From: a bacterium
GTDB taxonomy: Bacteria > Zhuqueibacterota > Zhuqueibacteria > Residuimicrobiales > Krinioviventaceae
Length of the DNA stretch: 64,000 nt
NCBI GenBank assembly: GCA_963674595.2
Contig: CAXXFV010000029.1
Location: forward strand, 128,001-192,000
Reading direction: 5' to 3'
A program made the position numbers and the translations under genes. Below are positions 10,501-19,591 of the stretch, in pieces (position 1 is the stretch's first letter; each line of letters opens with the position of its first letter). Below the pieces are notes generated by a model that saw only the letters and a list, made by a program, of their open reading frames with translations, made no database searches and was not told the origin of the DNA.

Positions 10501-13500
10501 CCGTCCTTTAGCCAAAAATACACGTCATTATAACCTTCGGTCTGCAGTTTGACGGTCGCAGGCGGCGTGGCCGGGGCCGTTGCCGTGGTGTCAAATGCGT
10601 TTACCGGCGCTGAACCGATTTTATAAAAACATCTGTCAATACCACTGGGATCAGACGGGTTGGTCCAGTTGATTTCAACGTTTGCAGAAGCGCTCCACAA
10701 CCGGTTTGCGGGCAGGGCCGCAAAAATTTCTTCGGGACTGTCAGGTGCAGTAGTATCATAAAAATCCGGGTCTACAAAAGTTTCTGTTTCGGCTGTTCCG
10801 GTAAAAGCTTCCACATGCCCAACATTATCATAGGCAGCCGCCTGAAAAGCGTAACGGTGGTTAAACTCGCCTTCATATTGGGCCTGGGTACCGCGAAAAC
10901 GTGTCTGCCAAAATTCCCATGTTCCGTCATCAATTTTAACCTTAACATCATACACACCGCTTAATCCGGAGCCGTCTCCGTCATCCCCGGAACCGGCCCA
11001 GGAAACCGTAAAAGTCGTGGTGCCGGATGTATCCGGCGACAGGGCCAGTGTTCCAACAGGCGGTGTTGCATCCAGGGCCACGATAGTGGAATCTGTTGTC
11101 GTGTTTAAGGCGCTGTCCGTCACGGTTATATACAAGGTCATGATCGAATCGGCATTGGCCGGCAGATTAAGCGCAAACGAGCGTTTTTCAGAGGCTTCGG
11201 TTTTATTAACCGGCTGCTCTTTAACGGCCAGTAATGATGCCGGAGACAACTCTATGGAAACCGTATTGGTTTCATCAAAATAAACATCCAAACCCGGAGT
11301 TTTTTGAACAGACGGATTTGAATTAAACCACATGCCGTTATAATCCGTGTCCGTTAGTCTGAGACTGTCTATCTTTGGCGAGGTTGAATCCCATTTTACG
11401 TAAATACGGGCATTGTTTGCAAAACCGCTGTTCTGGTTGCCGTCCTCCAGCCAAAAATAAACAGACTGTCCGTTTTCCTTGTTCACTTGAATGGTGGCCG
11501 GCGGGACAGGCGCCAGTGAACCGGTGGTGTCCTGGGCGCTTTGCGGCGCTTCATCCAATTTGTACCAACTTTTTAAAATACCGCTCGGGTCATCCGGATT
11601 TTCCCAATTCAACTCAACCAGGGGACTGTTGAACCAGGCATTCTGTGAACCGCCATTGGTTGTTATATTAAAAGGCGCGTCCGGCGGCGTGAGGTCATCG
11701 CCCATTAATGTATCCACAACCGTGGTCGTTTCGGCTGTGCCGGTTAAGGCTTCAGCGTTTCCGAGAAAATCAAAGGCAACCGCTTCAAAGGCATAGGTTT
11801 TGCCGTGCTCGCCGTTATATGCCGCAAAATTTTCTGTTGTAGAATCCTGCCAAACCTGCCAGCCGGCGTGATCTATATTGACATAAACGCTGAACCGTCC
11901 CGATAATCCAACGCCATTATCCTGGCTGCCGCTCCAGCTTACCTGAAAAGTCGTGGTGGCTGAAGAATCCTGTGACCGGGCCGTTGTTCCAAAAGGCGGT
12001 GTTTGATCTATTTTTAAAGTATCGATTGTTTCATTTCTGTTTCCGGCGCTGTCGGTCAGGGTGATATAAAACGGATAGGAACCGTCCGGTTTGTCTTTAA
12101 AACCAAGCTGAACAGATTTTTGCTGTTCCAGTCCCACAGGTAAATCGGGACCCGTGTAAACAGATGTCTTTCCGTTCCAGTTTAAAATCAAACTGTCGGC
12201 AAAAGCCTCGCTGTACTGCAATTGATATTCCGCCGAGGTATCCCTGCTGGTGCTGAACCAGTCGGCGGCATAATGGGGATTTGTAAACTGTGCAGCCAGA
12301 AAATCCGGCAGGGTTGAGTCCACTTTTAACAGCACTTTGCTGTTTTTTTGATAATCAACATTGCCCTTGGCATCTATAAACCAGACATAAACGTATTGCC
12401 CGCCCTGCTGGGTGGCGCTGATGTCAACCGGTCCGTTGGCCGGGGCCGTTGCCGTGGTGTCAAAATTGGAAGCCGGGGCCGAACCGATTTTATACAGCGC
12501 TTTGGCCACACCGCTCACGTCTACCGGTTCGTTCCAGGTTAGATGAAACGCATTTGTTTTTTTCCAGACAGAAGGACTGGAACCGTCGGCTGCCAGGTTA
12601 ACAGGCGCAGCCGGGGCGTCCACATCACCGGCGGAAATATCAACGCTAACCGTTGTTTCAGCGGCATTATTGCGCACTTCCTGATTATCGAGATTGTCCC
12701 AGGAAATCGCTTCAAAAGCATAGGTATGCCCATCCTGTCCTGCATAAACCGACGAACGCGCGGTTACATTATCAAGCCACACCTGCCAGGCAGCGCCGTT
12801 GTCCTGAACGTAAACACGATACTTGCCGGACATCCCGGAACCCGCATCGGTTCCCGCAGACCAGCTAACGGTAAAATTGGTATTGGCGCTTATGGCCGGA
12901 CCCGAAGCCACAATTCCGCTGGGCGGGGTATGGTCCAATCCGAATGTAATATTTGATGTTGTTTTTTGAGAGGCGACATCTTTCAAGGACACAGCCACAT
13001 TATACAATCCGTCGGGTTTATCGTCTAATGCAAAAACATATTGTTTTTGAACGTCCGTACCCGGTGTGGGTGATGCATCCACAAACAACATGTCAGCATT
13101 GTTATAAACAGCATAAAGACTTTCCGGCTGGGTTTCCGTATATTTCACGTCAACAGACCATTCGGTCAACAGGTCCTGGTTTGCCCAGGCCCGGCCGGTA
13201 CTGTCTGTAAAAAATGGTGTGGGATTAACAAAAGCAAGACTTGCAATAACAGGCGGTACATTATCCCGTCTTAACAGCACACTGTCGGCGGTTTGAAAAT
13301 CAACATTACCGTTATTATCAACCAGCCATAAAAACAACCAAAACTGTCCTTCATTGGCAGCCTGCACCGGAAACGGTCCGACTGCCGGTCCTGTGCCGGT
13401 GGTATCGTAATTGGCCGCAGGACGGGAACCCAGTTTCCACAAAGATTTGTTTATACCGCTTTCATCAACCGGATTTTGCCACTGAATTTGAAAGGTCTGT

Positions 13501-16500
13501 GCACTATTCCAGGGACTGGGACTGCTTCCATTGGCTGTTAACGATTGCGGACCGGTCGGCGGGGTAACATCATCCGCTGTGGTATCCACCCATACCGAGG
13601 TTTCCGGTACCAGATCAAAAACCTCCTCATTTCCGACCCTGTCTCTGGCAATGGCGGCAAACTCGTAAAGATGCCGCTGTTCACCCTGAAAATCGGCCTG
13701 CAATGCAGCGGTTTCCGTCAACCACGGCTGCCAGTTACCGGCATCCTGACGGACATAAACATCATAATTATTTACACCGCTTCCGGACGCATCATCACCG
13801 GCAGACCATTGCACAGGAACAAGGGTGGTTTCGCTGGTGTCTTTGGTTGAAGCGGTACACCCGGTCGGCGCTTTACTGTCCAGACCCAGTTGAAAGTCAT
13901 TCTGGCTTTTATTTTGGGCGCTGTCATAGACGGCAATGTTTACATCATAAACACCGTCCGCATATTTAAATGTCGATGTTTTATAAACCTCGATACCGCA
14001 GATTTTGGGATTTTCAGTAACAGGCTCAAAACCAATATCAAGAATTTTATCGGTAACGGATACATAAAAGGTATCGGTCAGGGCCGTATCATGACCGACC
14101 AGAGAATAAATATCAAAGTTTTGTAAAACCGTTTGGCCTTCAATGCTGACGTTAAAAACACGTGCATTCGGATTTTCCAGGTAGGTTTCGGCAAAATGTA
14201 AAATCACCTGATAACGACCGTTTTCCTCAACGGTAAACTTGTATCCGCCCATGGAATAACGTTCGGTTTTATAAGGCGTTTGATCAAAGGCGTCCGCTAT
14301 CGGGTCATGGGTCCCGGAGGTCCGTCCGTTGATATATCCCCATCCGCCGGCATGATAGACCTGGTCCGCATTCCAGAACCGGTGCCAAACATCGGTAAAA
14401 GCAGAGCCGCCGCAATTGACCCGTTTTTCATAGGTATCACCATCACTGCAAGCATCCAGATTAAAAATCGTTTCCTTGTCGTTTCCGGCTGCAATATTAT
14501 TTTGAAGGTTCACACCCAGATTTTCAGAAACAAAGGTGGCATATTGTGCATTGACATCCGAATATTGAACATAGGTATTTAACAAACACCCGTCAAGCGG
14601 ACTGAACCATATCTGGCGCACACCGTCGTCCACAATATAGGGGGACTGGGGCGTTATATAGTAACCTGTAATTTGCGGGGCTGTAAAATCATTTCTTAAT
14701 AAAACACTGGCTCTTTTATTAAAATCGATATTTTCCTTATCATCTTTTAACCACACATACAGCCAGGTTAAACCGTCCTGGCTTATGGTTGTGGATAACG
14801 GTCCGGCCGCCGGTCCACTGCCGCCGATTCCGGTCGTATCATAATTTGAAGTCGGGGCGTCCCCGGCTTTCCAGAAATACTGCGTGATGGTATTGCCGTG
14901 CTGGGGCAGGTCCCATTCGATTAAAAACTGTCCGTCATTGCTCCAGGGACTGGGGTTCGAACCATTGGCGGTCAGGTTTTTCGGTGCCGGTGGTGCGGTA
15001 AATTCATAGGGGTCCAATACAACATTTACGGAATCCTGCGCTTTACCGTTAAAATCTTGCAGCAACCCCACATTGTCCCAGGCAGCCGCAGCAAAAGAGT
15101 ATTTGTGGTTTTCAGATACATCATAAACAGTATCAGACACGGCCTGTCTTACCAGCCATAAATTCCAGGCGCCGTCATCAACCCGCACCCAGACATTGTA
15201 ATTGCCGGACACACCGCTTCCGGCACCGTCCGTGCCGCCGGAAACTCTCAGGGGGATGCTGCGCGTGTTTATAACATCGTTGTCGATGGTTACGGTCGCA
15301 CCGGTCGGCGGTGTAAAATCCAGACCGATTCGCACGGAATCTCTGGACTGATTTTGCGCCGAATCTGTTACGACTGTTTTTAACCAATACTCTCCATCCG
15401 AAACCGACGACAAATCAGAACTAAAATTTGCGGACTGGTTAAATCCGCTTTCAATATTTGTATCAACAATCGGGGTTAATCCCATATTTACCAGATCAAG
15501 TTCAGCCTGTTTGGCATAAAGTTCGGTATACTGGACCAACAGTGAAAAAGTGGCTGCCTGAATTTGCGAAGACCAAAAATTATCATACAAACCACCGGGA
15601 AGCTGCAAAGATAAAATTTCCGGTGCAGATACGTCAATGGTAAACATTTGGCTGACCGATAAGGGACTAAAGCGGTAGCCGTCCCAGGCCCTTACCTGCC
15701 AGGCGTATTTTCCCTCACCCAAAGAGGGCAAAGTAAATATGACCGTTTCCGAACCCAGCGCCGGTGTAATGGTAAACAGTTCCGGCTGCAACCGGGTGTC
15801 ATAGACCAGGTCCGGCTGAGTCGGGTCAGCTATATTTGTCAGTTGCACCTGGTAATCCAGAGAAACATTGGTCTGCTCGGTCCATTGCAGGACCGGTTCG
15901 GTCGTGTTTAAAAAGCTGTTATCGGCCGGTGAAACAGCAACGGGTTGTGCCGGTGCCGCATTTTGATTAACCTGATTGAGAAACAGGGTCGCCTGACCGG
16001 AAGAATCGACAATACAAAAATCCAGCGCCTGATCATTATTCAAATCCGCACTGGTAAACGCTACAGGATGGTCCGGTATGTTTAGATGTAATGTATCGGC
16101 AAACGTGCCGGCGCCGTTATTTTTGTGCAGCAAAAGTATACCTTGTCGAAAACCCAGTGCCGCCACATCCAAATCATTGTCAGCGTCAAAATCGCCGTAC
16201 TGCATCCAGATAGGTGAGGTATTGGACAAAAAAGAAGAGGAATTATATTCGGGCTTGTCGTCTTTAAGATCGGAAAAAGTGTATACGAAAATTTTACTGG
16301 AAGTCCGGTCAGAGGCAAGCAAATCCGTCCTGTTATCACCGGAAACATCCGCATGAATCAGGTGTTCCAAATCCACCAGCGGTTCTTTCAGGGAAACGTC
16401 CGGCTGTTTATCGCTGAATGTACTGTCCTGATTTAAATAAAGCGACAGACCGCTTCCCGCTTTGGAAAAGGATATGCCGCAGTCCATACGAAAATCATTA

Positions 16501-17468
16501 TTAAAATCACCGCTAAAACCGTATTCCGGATGTAAATAATCGGAAAAATCTTCAGCTACAGTAAATGTGCCGTCGCCGTTATTGTAATAGAGAAAAGCGG
16601 TTTGACCCAGTTGAGAGCGTTTAACAACAACAATATCCAGAAAACCATCAGCATTATAATCCGAAACAGCGGCGCCTCGGGAATCCCCCGCATCGGTAAC
16701 CGGGTTACCGACATCATAGGTTTCGCCCAAAACCAGTTGTTCGCCGGGTTTGACAAAACAGATCCGAAACCTGGCAGGAATTTCGTTTATCACCTTGCTG
16801 CGGTCCAGCAGCAGCAGGTCCGGAGTGCCGTCGTTATCAAAATCTCCGGTATACAGCGGTTTTACCGGTGACGGGATCTGGATACCGGCCCCGGCCTGAG
16901 CAATGCCGTTATTGTAAAAATAGAGCTGTAAAAAATATCTTTTATCATTTTCATAAACAACGGCCCAGTCTGTCTGATCATCGCCGTTAAAATCTGCGGA
17001 ACAGATGGAATAGGGCAGGCCGTCTATATTGAAGGAAATTTTGGTATAGTCAGACAAACCGAATTCCGCTTTTGTATCGAATTCCCACACATGCCCATGA
17101 TCAAGCGGAAGGTCATGAACGGATTTGACGGCCGTGGTAACAATAACGGTTATCCGGTCACCGGCAAGCAGGGAAACATTCGGCTGAAAAGTAACGGTCA
17201 TGGAATCAGCAGAAAGACCCAACTGTCCGGCGATTTTACCTTTTTTCGCGCCGAATACAAGGAAAGAAGCATCCGTAACAGTGGCCGGTAACAAGGCCTG
17301 GTTGAAGTGAACGGACATGGTCCCGTTGACATCAAAAAAGGGTGCGTTCGCTTCCGGAACAGTTTGAAGGATCTGCAGGTTTTGGGCACCAGCCAAAGAC
17401 ACCATGCAGATGGACAGTAATACGGAACAGATCGTTTTTTTTAAATGAGCAAGACCCACGTTGTACAC
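7536..17468 (-). CDS. 3310-aa secreted multidomain protein (Ig-like, FG-GAP repeats, six FN3/Ig tri-domain repeats, malectin, T9SS-type/FlgD-Ig C-terminus)
   Basis: Signal peptide; DFNGD/DFDND/DLNND FG-GAP motifs; RVNCGG...HFAETY...RVFNVSIEG malectin; QNYPNPFN...GIYILRL tail. Confidence 0.85.
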   Translation of the reverse strand: MYNVGLAHLKKTICSVLLSICMVSLAGAQNLQILQTVPEANAPFFDVNGTMSVHFNQALLPATVTDASFLVFGAKKGKIAGQLGLSADSMTVTFQPNVSLLAGDRITVIVTTAVKSVHDLPLDHGHVWEFDTKAEFGLSDYTKISFNIDGLPYSICSADFNGDDQTDWAVVYENDKRYFLQLYFYNNGIAQAGAGIQIPSPVKPLYTGDFDNDGTPDLLLLDRSKVINEIPARFRICFVKPGEQLVLGETYDVGNPVTDAGDSRGAAVSDYNADGFLDIVVVKRSQLGQTAFLYYNNGDGTFTVAEDFSDYLHPEYGFSGDFNNDFRMDCGISFSKAGSGLSLYLNQDSTFSDKQPDVSLKEPLVDLEHLIHADVSGDNRTDLLASDRTSSKIFVYTFSDLKDDKPEYNSSSFLSNTSPIWMQYGDFDADNDLDVAALGFRQGILLLHKNNGAGTFADTLHLNIPDHPVAFTSADLNNDQALDFCIVDSSGQATLFLNQVNQNAAPAQPVAVSPADNSFLNTTEPVLQWTEQTNVSLDYQVQLTNIADPTQPDLVYDTRLQPELFTITPALGSETVIFTLPSLGEGKYAWQVRAWDGYRFSPLSVSQMFTIDVSAPEILSLQLPGGLYDNFWSSQIQAATFSLLVQYTELYAKQAELDLVNMGLTPIVDTNIESGFNQSANFSSDLSSVSDGEYWLKTVVTDSAQNQSRDSVRIGLDFTPPTGATVTIDNDVINTRSIPLRVSGGTDGAGSGVSGNYNVWVRVDDGAWNLWLVRQAVSDTVYDVSENHKYSFAAAAWDNVGLLQDFNGKAQDSVNVVLDPYEFTAPPAPKNLTANGSNPSPWSNDGQFLIEWDLPQHGNTITQYFWKAGDAPTSNYDTTGIGGSGPAAGPLSTTISQDGLTWLYVWLKDDKENIDFNKRASVLLRNDFTAPQITGYYITPQSPYIVDDGVRQIWFSPLDGCLLNTYVQYSDVNAQYATFVSENLGVNLQNNIAAGNDKETIFNLDACSDGDTYEKRVNCGGSAFTDVWHRFWNADQVYHAGGWGYINGRTSGTHDPIADAFDQTPYKTERYSMGGYKFTVEENGRYQVILHFAETYLENPNARVFNVSIEGQTVLQNFDIYSLVGHDTALTDTFYVSVTDKILDIGFEPVTENPKICGIEVYKTSTFKYADGVYDVNIAVYDSAQNKSQNDFQLGLDSKAPTGCTASTKDTSETTLVPVQWSAGDDASGSGVNNYDVYVRQDAGNWQPWLTETAALQADFQGEQRHLYEFAAIARDRVGNEEVFDLVPETSVWVDTTADDVTPPTGPQSLTANGSSPSPWNSAQTFQIQWQNPVDESGINKSLWKLGSRPAANYDTTGTGPAVGPFPVQAANEGQFWLFLWLVDNNGNVDFQTADSVLLRRDNVPPVIASLAFVNPTPFFTDSTGRAWANQDLLTEWSVDVKYTETQPESLYAVYNNADMLFVDASPTPGTDVQKQYVFALDDKPDGLYNVAVSLKDVASQKTTSNITFGLDHTPPSGIVASGPAISANTNFTVSWSAGTDAGSGMSGKYRVYVQDNGAAWQVWLDNVTARSSVYAGQDGHTYAFEAISWDNLDNQEVRNNAAETTVSVDISAGDVDAPAAPVNLAADGSSPSVWKKTNAFHLTWNEPVDVSGVAKALYKIGSAPASNFDTTATAPANGPVDISATQQGGQYVYVWFIDAKGNVDYQKNSKVLLKVDSTLPDFLAAQFTNPHYAADWFSTSRDTSAEYQLQYSEAFADSLILNWNGKTSVYTGPDLPVGLEQQKSVQLGFKDKPDGSYPFYITLTDSAGNRNETIDTLKIDQTPPFGTTARSQDSSATTTFQVSWSGSQDNGVGLSGRFSVYVNIDHAGWQVWQDSTTENFAAYNGEHGKTYAFEAVAFDFLGNAEALTGTAETTTVVDTLMGDDLTPPDAPFNITTNGGSQNAWFNSPLVELNWENPDDPSGILKSWYKLDEAPQSAQDTTGSLAPVPPATIQVNKENGQSVYFWLEDGNQNSGFANNARIYVKWDSTSPKIDSLRLTDTDYNGMWFNSNPSVQKTPGLDVYFDETNTVSIELSPASLLAVKEQPVNKTEASEKRSFALNLPANADSIMTLYITVTDSALNTTTDSTIVALDATPPVGTLALSPDTSGTTTFTVSWAGSGDDGDGSGLSGVYDVKVKIDDGTWEFWQTRFRGTQAQYEGEFNHRYAFQAAAYDNVGHVEAFTGTAETETFVDPDFYDTTAPDSPEEIFAALPANRLWSASANVEINWTNPSDPSGIDRCFYKIGSAPVNAFDTTATAPATPPATVKLQTEGYNDVYFWLKDGNGNVDHETAVKLTLRYDAVDPVVSQAFINNAQFDHKWIHPDSVAQAVLLLQYSEAFPDTLTIRSEILDDKITITDFSSGSPVSVNLPITGLADACYPVNITLADSAGRSAVKPAQLCIDSQPPDSTFASSPEKSLTEEFAISWGGQSTDGNGSGLSGKFDVRIKIDDGPWYLLVGPREARTSINYVGAHGHSYYFEAVAWDNVGNREAFTGIAESTTRVDTLFVDDSAPGSPENIQVDGENPTLWQTHNQFVVEWQSPADPSGIKRAFYKYDTPPESNIDTTGSVLFTEETGYNTMTLAADKENGQPVYIWLQDGRGNLDYRNYSSILLRYDATQPVISEIRPVDPGYLTDWYNQSNMEQVYLRIFYHDKHPADILVESASLPEIHKEPVLTDSDMDSVDVRIPVASLSDGVYKFFITISDSAGNNSLQDSVTIHLDATAPQVSHTAFTAAVAEDADLNVQIQVQEQNRVVSSKVYFKKGGAAAFTSAVMDSIAPAVFSAFIPADSLTSRGIEYYFVCSDGLNNSRKPVNPDNYSATVKIDGANSEGLKRTEGLVYGKAENAFRMISFPIEIINNSVENILEDDMGAYDPLKWRFFQWNTKDAVYNEYPDIDPVTPGQAYWFITSLENRFLDTGPGISMDPAEPFVILLKKGWNDIANPFNFDVSWKDIFKASSADTQKISGPYTYEGRWLIPVEVDLMQPWNGYSFYTEEEDISLVIPPVEANQSLMKKSPDYWPLADWYCNLELKIGDADDPSNYFGCAETATKDFDAPYDFIEPPVIGDYASLYFPHSDWQTDAQNYTTDFRPVQDGYVWDVEVISNITNKKAHLYSNFLKTLPPSFDVRLYDLAANLTVNLKQDSVYSFNLFDNDKPRRFKIYAGTEQFFQEQQDDLPQTVDEFELVQNYPNPFNGSTIISYRLKENTDVKVAVYNLLAQQVRLLVSGFQDRGFYQYTWDAKDDYGVQMGTGIYILRLETPQFTCTRKMVYMR

Positions 17469-17510
17469 CTGTTAGCTATAATAAAATATTTTCTTAAACA
17501 TCATACTAAT

Positions 17511-19487
17511 TTAATTTTTCAGCAAACGACAAACAAGCTGTTTATCGGAATCCGGTGGAATATGAATGACCGTATCCGACGGCACGGCCCTAAAGCCGTC
17601 TCTGAAAATTTTAATCCGATGGGTGCCAACCGGCAGCTTGATGCGCATGGGCGTTGTCCGCTTGGTTGACTTGCCGTCAATGGTTACATAGGCATAGCCG
17701 TACATGACGGCGTTATCCAAAACAACGGACAATTCTCCGTAACCAATGTCTTCCGCCTGGTATGAAATAACACTGCTCGACTCCATATCCAGAACGATGG
17801 ATGTTTCCCATGTAAATAAATTCTGGGCGTCGATATATTTCAGAGTGTGGCGGCCTACTGCCAGATCAACTTCACAGGGGAGCGGATAGGACGGCAGACG
17901 ATCATCAATGATCAGACGACCGGCAAAGTCGACTTTGGCAAAAGTGTATCGCCGTAAAGCATCGGACTTGGGTTGTAAATGAGCAGCTATTTTCAACGTA
18001 TCACCGGATACGTTTATGGATTTTGACCAGTTTTTAAAACCTTTTTTGCTCACCGATATAGTATGCCTTGAACCGGATGCCAGCGGTCCCACCAAAAAGG
18101 GACTCCCGGAACTTGTTCCGACATTGGAACCATCCAAAAATACATTCGCAGCAATAGCGACCGAATCGGAAAAAACCTGCACTAAAACAGCCGAATTTTT
18201 CACCTCACTTTTAACAACAGCTTGCTGTGCTGGTTTTATTTCTTCCTGCGTCGTTTGCACCGGCGGATTTTTAACCGGCTCCTGACGAATTACCGGAGGT
18301 CTTTCATTTTTCGGTTTTTCAATAACCGGCTCGGGCTCCTGTTTTACAATTACACTTGTATCAATCTGGTCATTTTGTTTCAAATTTGTAAATGCTTCGT
18401 CGTCGTCAATTTTCTCTTCGGTTATAAAGTCCTGATACAACATATCAATTCTATTAGACTTGCGGCTGCTCATTTCCGTAAAGACGGTAACCGCTAACCC
18501 AATAATAATTATAAGAGAAACTATAAGCAAAGCATAGGCCACTCTTCGCCGGCTGCCCACAAGTGTGGGAGAAAAAACCTGAAAAACAGGCGGCAGCCGT
18601 TCTAAAAGGTCCTGAATTTTACTTTGCAAAAATGACTCGGAAAAGGGTTCGTCTTCGTCCTTGTCCAAAGTTTCGAGAGCAGATTGCGGGTCCAGCTCGC
18701 GGATAACTGTGGACAGATTTTTTATATTGTTATTCACATCGGACGACAGTATGCCCAATGTCACTCTTTCAATGTTGGTGGATATATTCGGGTTCACTAT
18801 TCTGGGCGAGGGCAGCAATTTATTTTGATCATACTGAATGGCCTGAACAGTGTTGCCTTTAAAAGGCGCTTTTCCGGCCAGCATGTGATACAGGATGACG
18901 CCCGCCCCATATAAATCCGTATTTGAATTGACAAAAGAGGCTTCCTGCAAACGTTCCGGGGAGAAAAACGGCGCAAAGGGTATAACGGCCTTGTCCTGTA
19001 CCTCAAACAAAAGATGATCAAGCAATGCCCCGGAACCGAAATTGATGATGGATATATTATCCTCATTGTCCAGGTAAATGCTGTCAAGGTTCAGGGCGCC
19101 GTGAACAATGCCGCCGAGATAAGAATATTGCAGCGCCCGGCAAATTTGCAGTGTAATTTTCCTGGCACGTTCTTCATTAAAGAGCTTACCCGTCTTGAGG
19201 ATATCTGCCAGAGATGTTCCGTCAAATGCCTTTAACAGAATAAAGTGGGTATGGTCCTCTGTGCCGAAATTAATCGTCTTTAAAATGTTTTTGTGGTCCA
19301 ACCCCATGGCAATTTCAGCGGACTGGTGAAACAGTTTGACAACCTTTTCCTGGTCGGAAAACCGCTGGGCCAATATTTTAAACCAGACCTGTTCGCCGGA
19401 AGCAACAGATTCAGCCTTGACTATCTGCCAAACAGGCCCCTCATAAATATTGGTTACAACTCTGTTATCTCCAATAAGAACAGGCAT
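17511..19487 (-). CDS. Membrane Ser/Thr kinase-like protein (probable pseudokinase) with PEGA domains
   Basis: Hanks fold (FKIL, LDHKNIL, FFSPE, DLYGAG) but HGALN and NFG in place of HRDLK and DFG; one TM; C-terminal PEGA repeats. Confidence 0.8.
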   Translation of the reverse strand: MPVLIGDNRVVTNIYEGPVWQIVKAESVASGEQVWFKILAQRFSDQEKVVKLFHQSAEIAMGLDHKNILKTINFGTEDHTHFILLKAFDGTSLADILKTGKLFNEERARKITLQICRALQYSYLGGIVHGALNLDSIYLDNEDNISIINFGSGALLDHLLFEVQDKAVIPFAPFFSPERLQEASFVNSNTDLYGAGVILYHMLAGKAPFKGNTVQAIQYDQNKLLPSPRIVNPNISTNIERVTLGILSSDVNNNIKNLSTVIRELDPQSALETLDKDEDEPFSESFLQSKIQDLLERLPPVFQVFSPTLVGSRRRVAYALLIVSLIIIIGLAVTVFTEMSSRKSNRIDMLYQDFITEEKIDDDEAFTNLKQNDQIDTSVIVKQEPEPVIEKPKNERPPVIRQEPVKNPPVQTTQEEIKPAQQAVVKSEVKNSAVLVQVFSDSVAIAANVFLDGSNVGTSSGSPFLVGPLASGSRHTISVSKKGFKNWSKSINVSGDTLKIAAHLQPKSDALRRYTFAKVDFAGRLIIDDRLPSYPLPCEVDLAVGRHTLKYIDAQNLFTWETSIVLDMESSSVISYQAEDIGYGELSVVLDNAVMYGYAYVTIDGKSTKRTTPMRIKLPVGTHRIKIFRDGFRAVPSDTVIHIPPDSDKQLVCRLLKN

Positions 19488-19591
19488 ATACCATCACTCT
19501 CGTTAATAAGTTTATATTTCAGTTTTAATATAGTAAAAATGAGTTTGAATTGCAATAAAGGTTAAGCTTCAAATAAAATTTTCTTTTAATT

